Below, piece after piece: positions 63,306-64,000 of a DNA stretch of 64,000 bases. Source of the stretch: Mobula hypostoma (lineage: Eukaryota); assembly GCF_963921235.1 (NCBI RefSeq), contig NC_086097.1:201936001-202000000 (forward strand), read 5' to 3'. Position 1 is the first letter of the stretch; each line of letters begins with the position of its first letter. A program made the position numbers and the translations under genes. Under the pieces are notes generated by a model. It did no database searches. It was not told the DNA's origin and worked only from the letters and a program-made list of their open reading frames with translations.

Positions 63306-64000
63306 CATTGGTTTCTAAACTTTTTTGTGTTACCACCCCCTTAGCTCCCTGATCACATCCCCAATGCCCCCCTCTCCCTTTCCAGCCATCACAAGAAAAC
63401 TATAAAGAATTTTGGTTTATGATGTAATGAGAAAGAAAATAGGGACTGAAAATTTAAAATAGAGACAAATAGTTGCAAAAATTATTCAAATTTATTTAAA
63501 GCTACAAATTAAATTATTTCTTTATTTAATTACAGTAAAAACAATTTTCATCAACAATTTTAAAGTGTGTATTAATAGTCCACTTTTTCACCTTTCAATG
63601 AGATGGATGGGCTTGGAGAAGCGTTAATCAGTTTCTCAAACTCAAACTGAAAGTTTCTCAGGAGTCTCAGATTCCCATGTTCAGTAATTTGCAGTCTGTC
63701 TCATTGATTTAAAAGTTGGGTATCTGTACTGAAACTGCGCTCCACTAAATATGATATTGGAAAGACAACAAAGAGCATCTTGACCTTTTTCCACAGTGCA
63801 GGATAGCGTTCTTTCTGTGACCAAACATCTTGATTTGATTTTTTTGAACCTCAGCTTCAGCACAAAGTCATTTATAGCAAGGTCAGTTCTTTCTCCATCA
63901 TTCCCGTTAATTCCTCTTTACACGTGTTCAGGAATGGATTTATTACCCAATCTGGAATTGGATCGCGAGTAGATCCTGAAATCTCTCGGACATGTCTTTA
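63306..64000 (-). mobile_element. hAT-Charlie/Buster-type (SCAND3/ZBED-like) transposon, 3' end; cut by the window edge
   Basis: - strand remnants LKLRFKKIKS, SYLVERSFSTD and DRLQITEHGNLRLL...QAHPSH* (stop at 63595-63597); TIR-like cattggtttctaaactttttt at 63306. Confidence 0.8.

Overview
Eukaryotic genomic DNA, about 40% GC by eye and very repeat-rich. The repeat repertoire (CR1 LINEs, Rex1/Babar-type LINEs, Penelope-like elements, Tc1, hAT-Charlie, Gypsy, a tRNA-derived SINE) suggests a cartilaginous fish, probably a ray; this is inference. Most of the window reads as intron of a minus-strand NOL4/NOL4L-family gene. I recognise one coding exon (25756-25897, with a CAGCAG tandem acceptor). 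A CpG-retaining patch at about 39.5-41.1 kb may be an internal alternative promoter. Nearly all other listed ORFs are decayed transposon fragments or their antisense shadows. There is no CRISPR array, rRNA or operon. The most unusual signals are: (1) minimal hammerhead-ribozyme motifs in Penelope-like termini; (2) short fold-back, non-coding Penelope derivatives, one with a target-site duplication; (3) a multi-level nested transposon stack at 43.8-50 kb; (4) small templated-insertion scars. I found no clearly new protein system. Repeat boundaries are approximate (tens of bp) unless a TSD or TIR is quoted.
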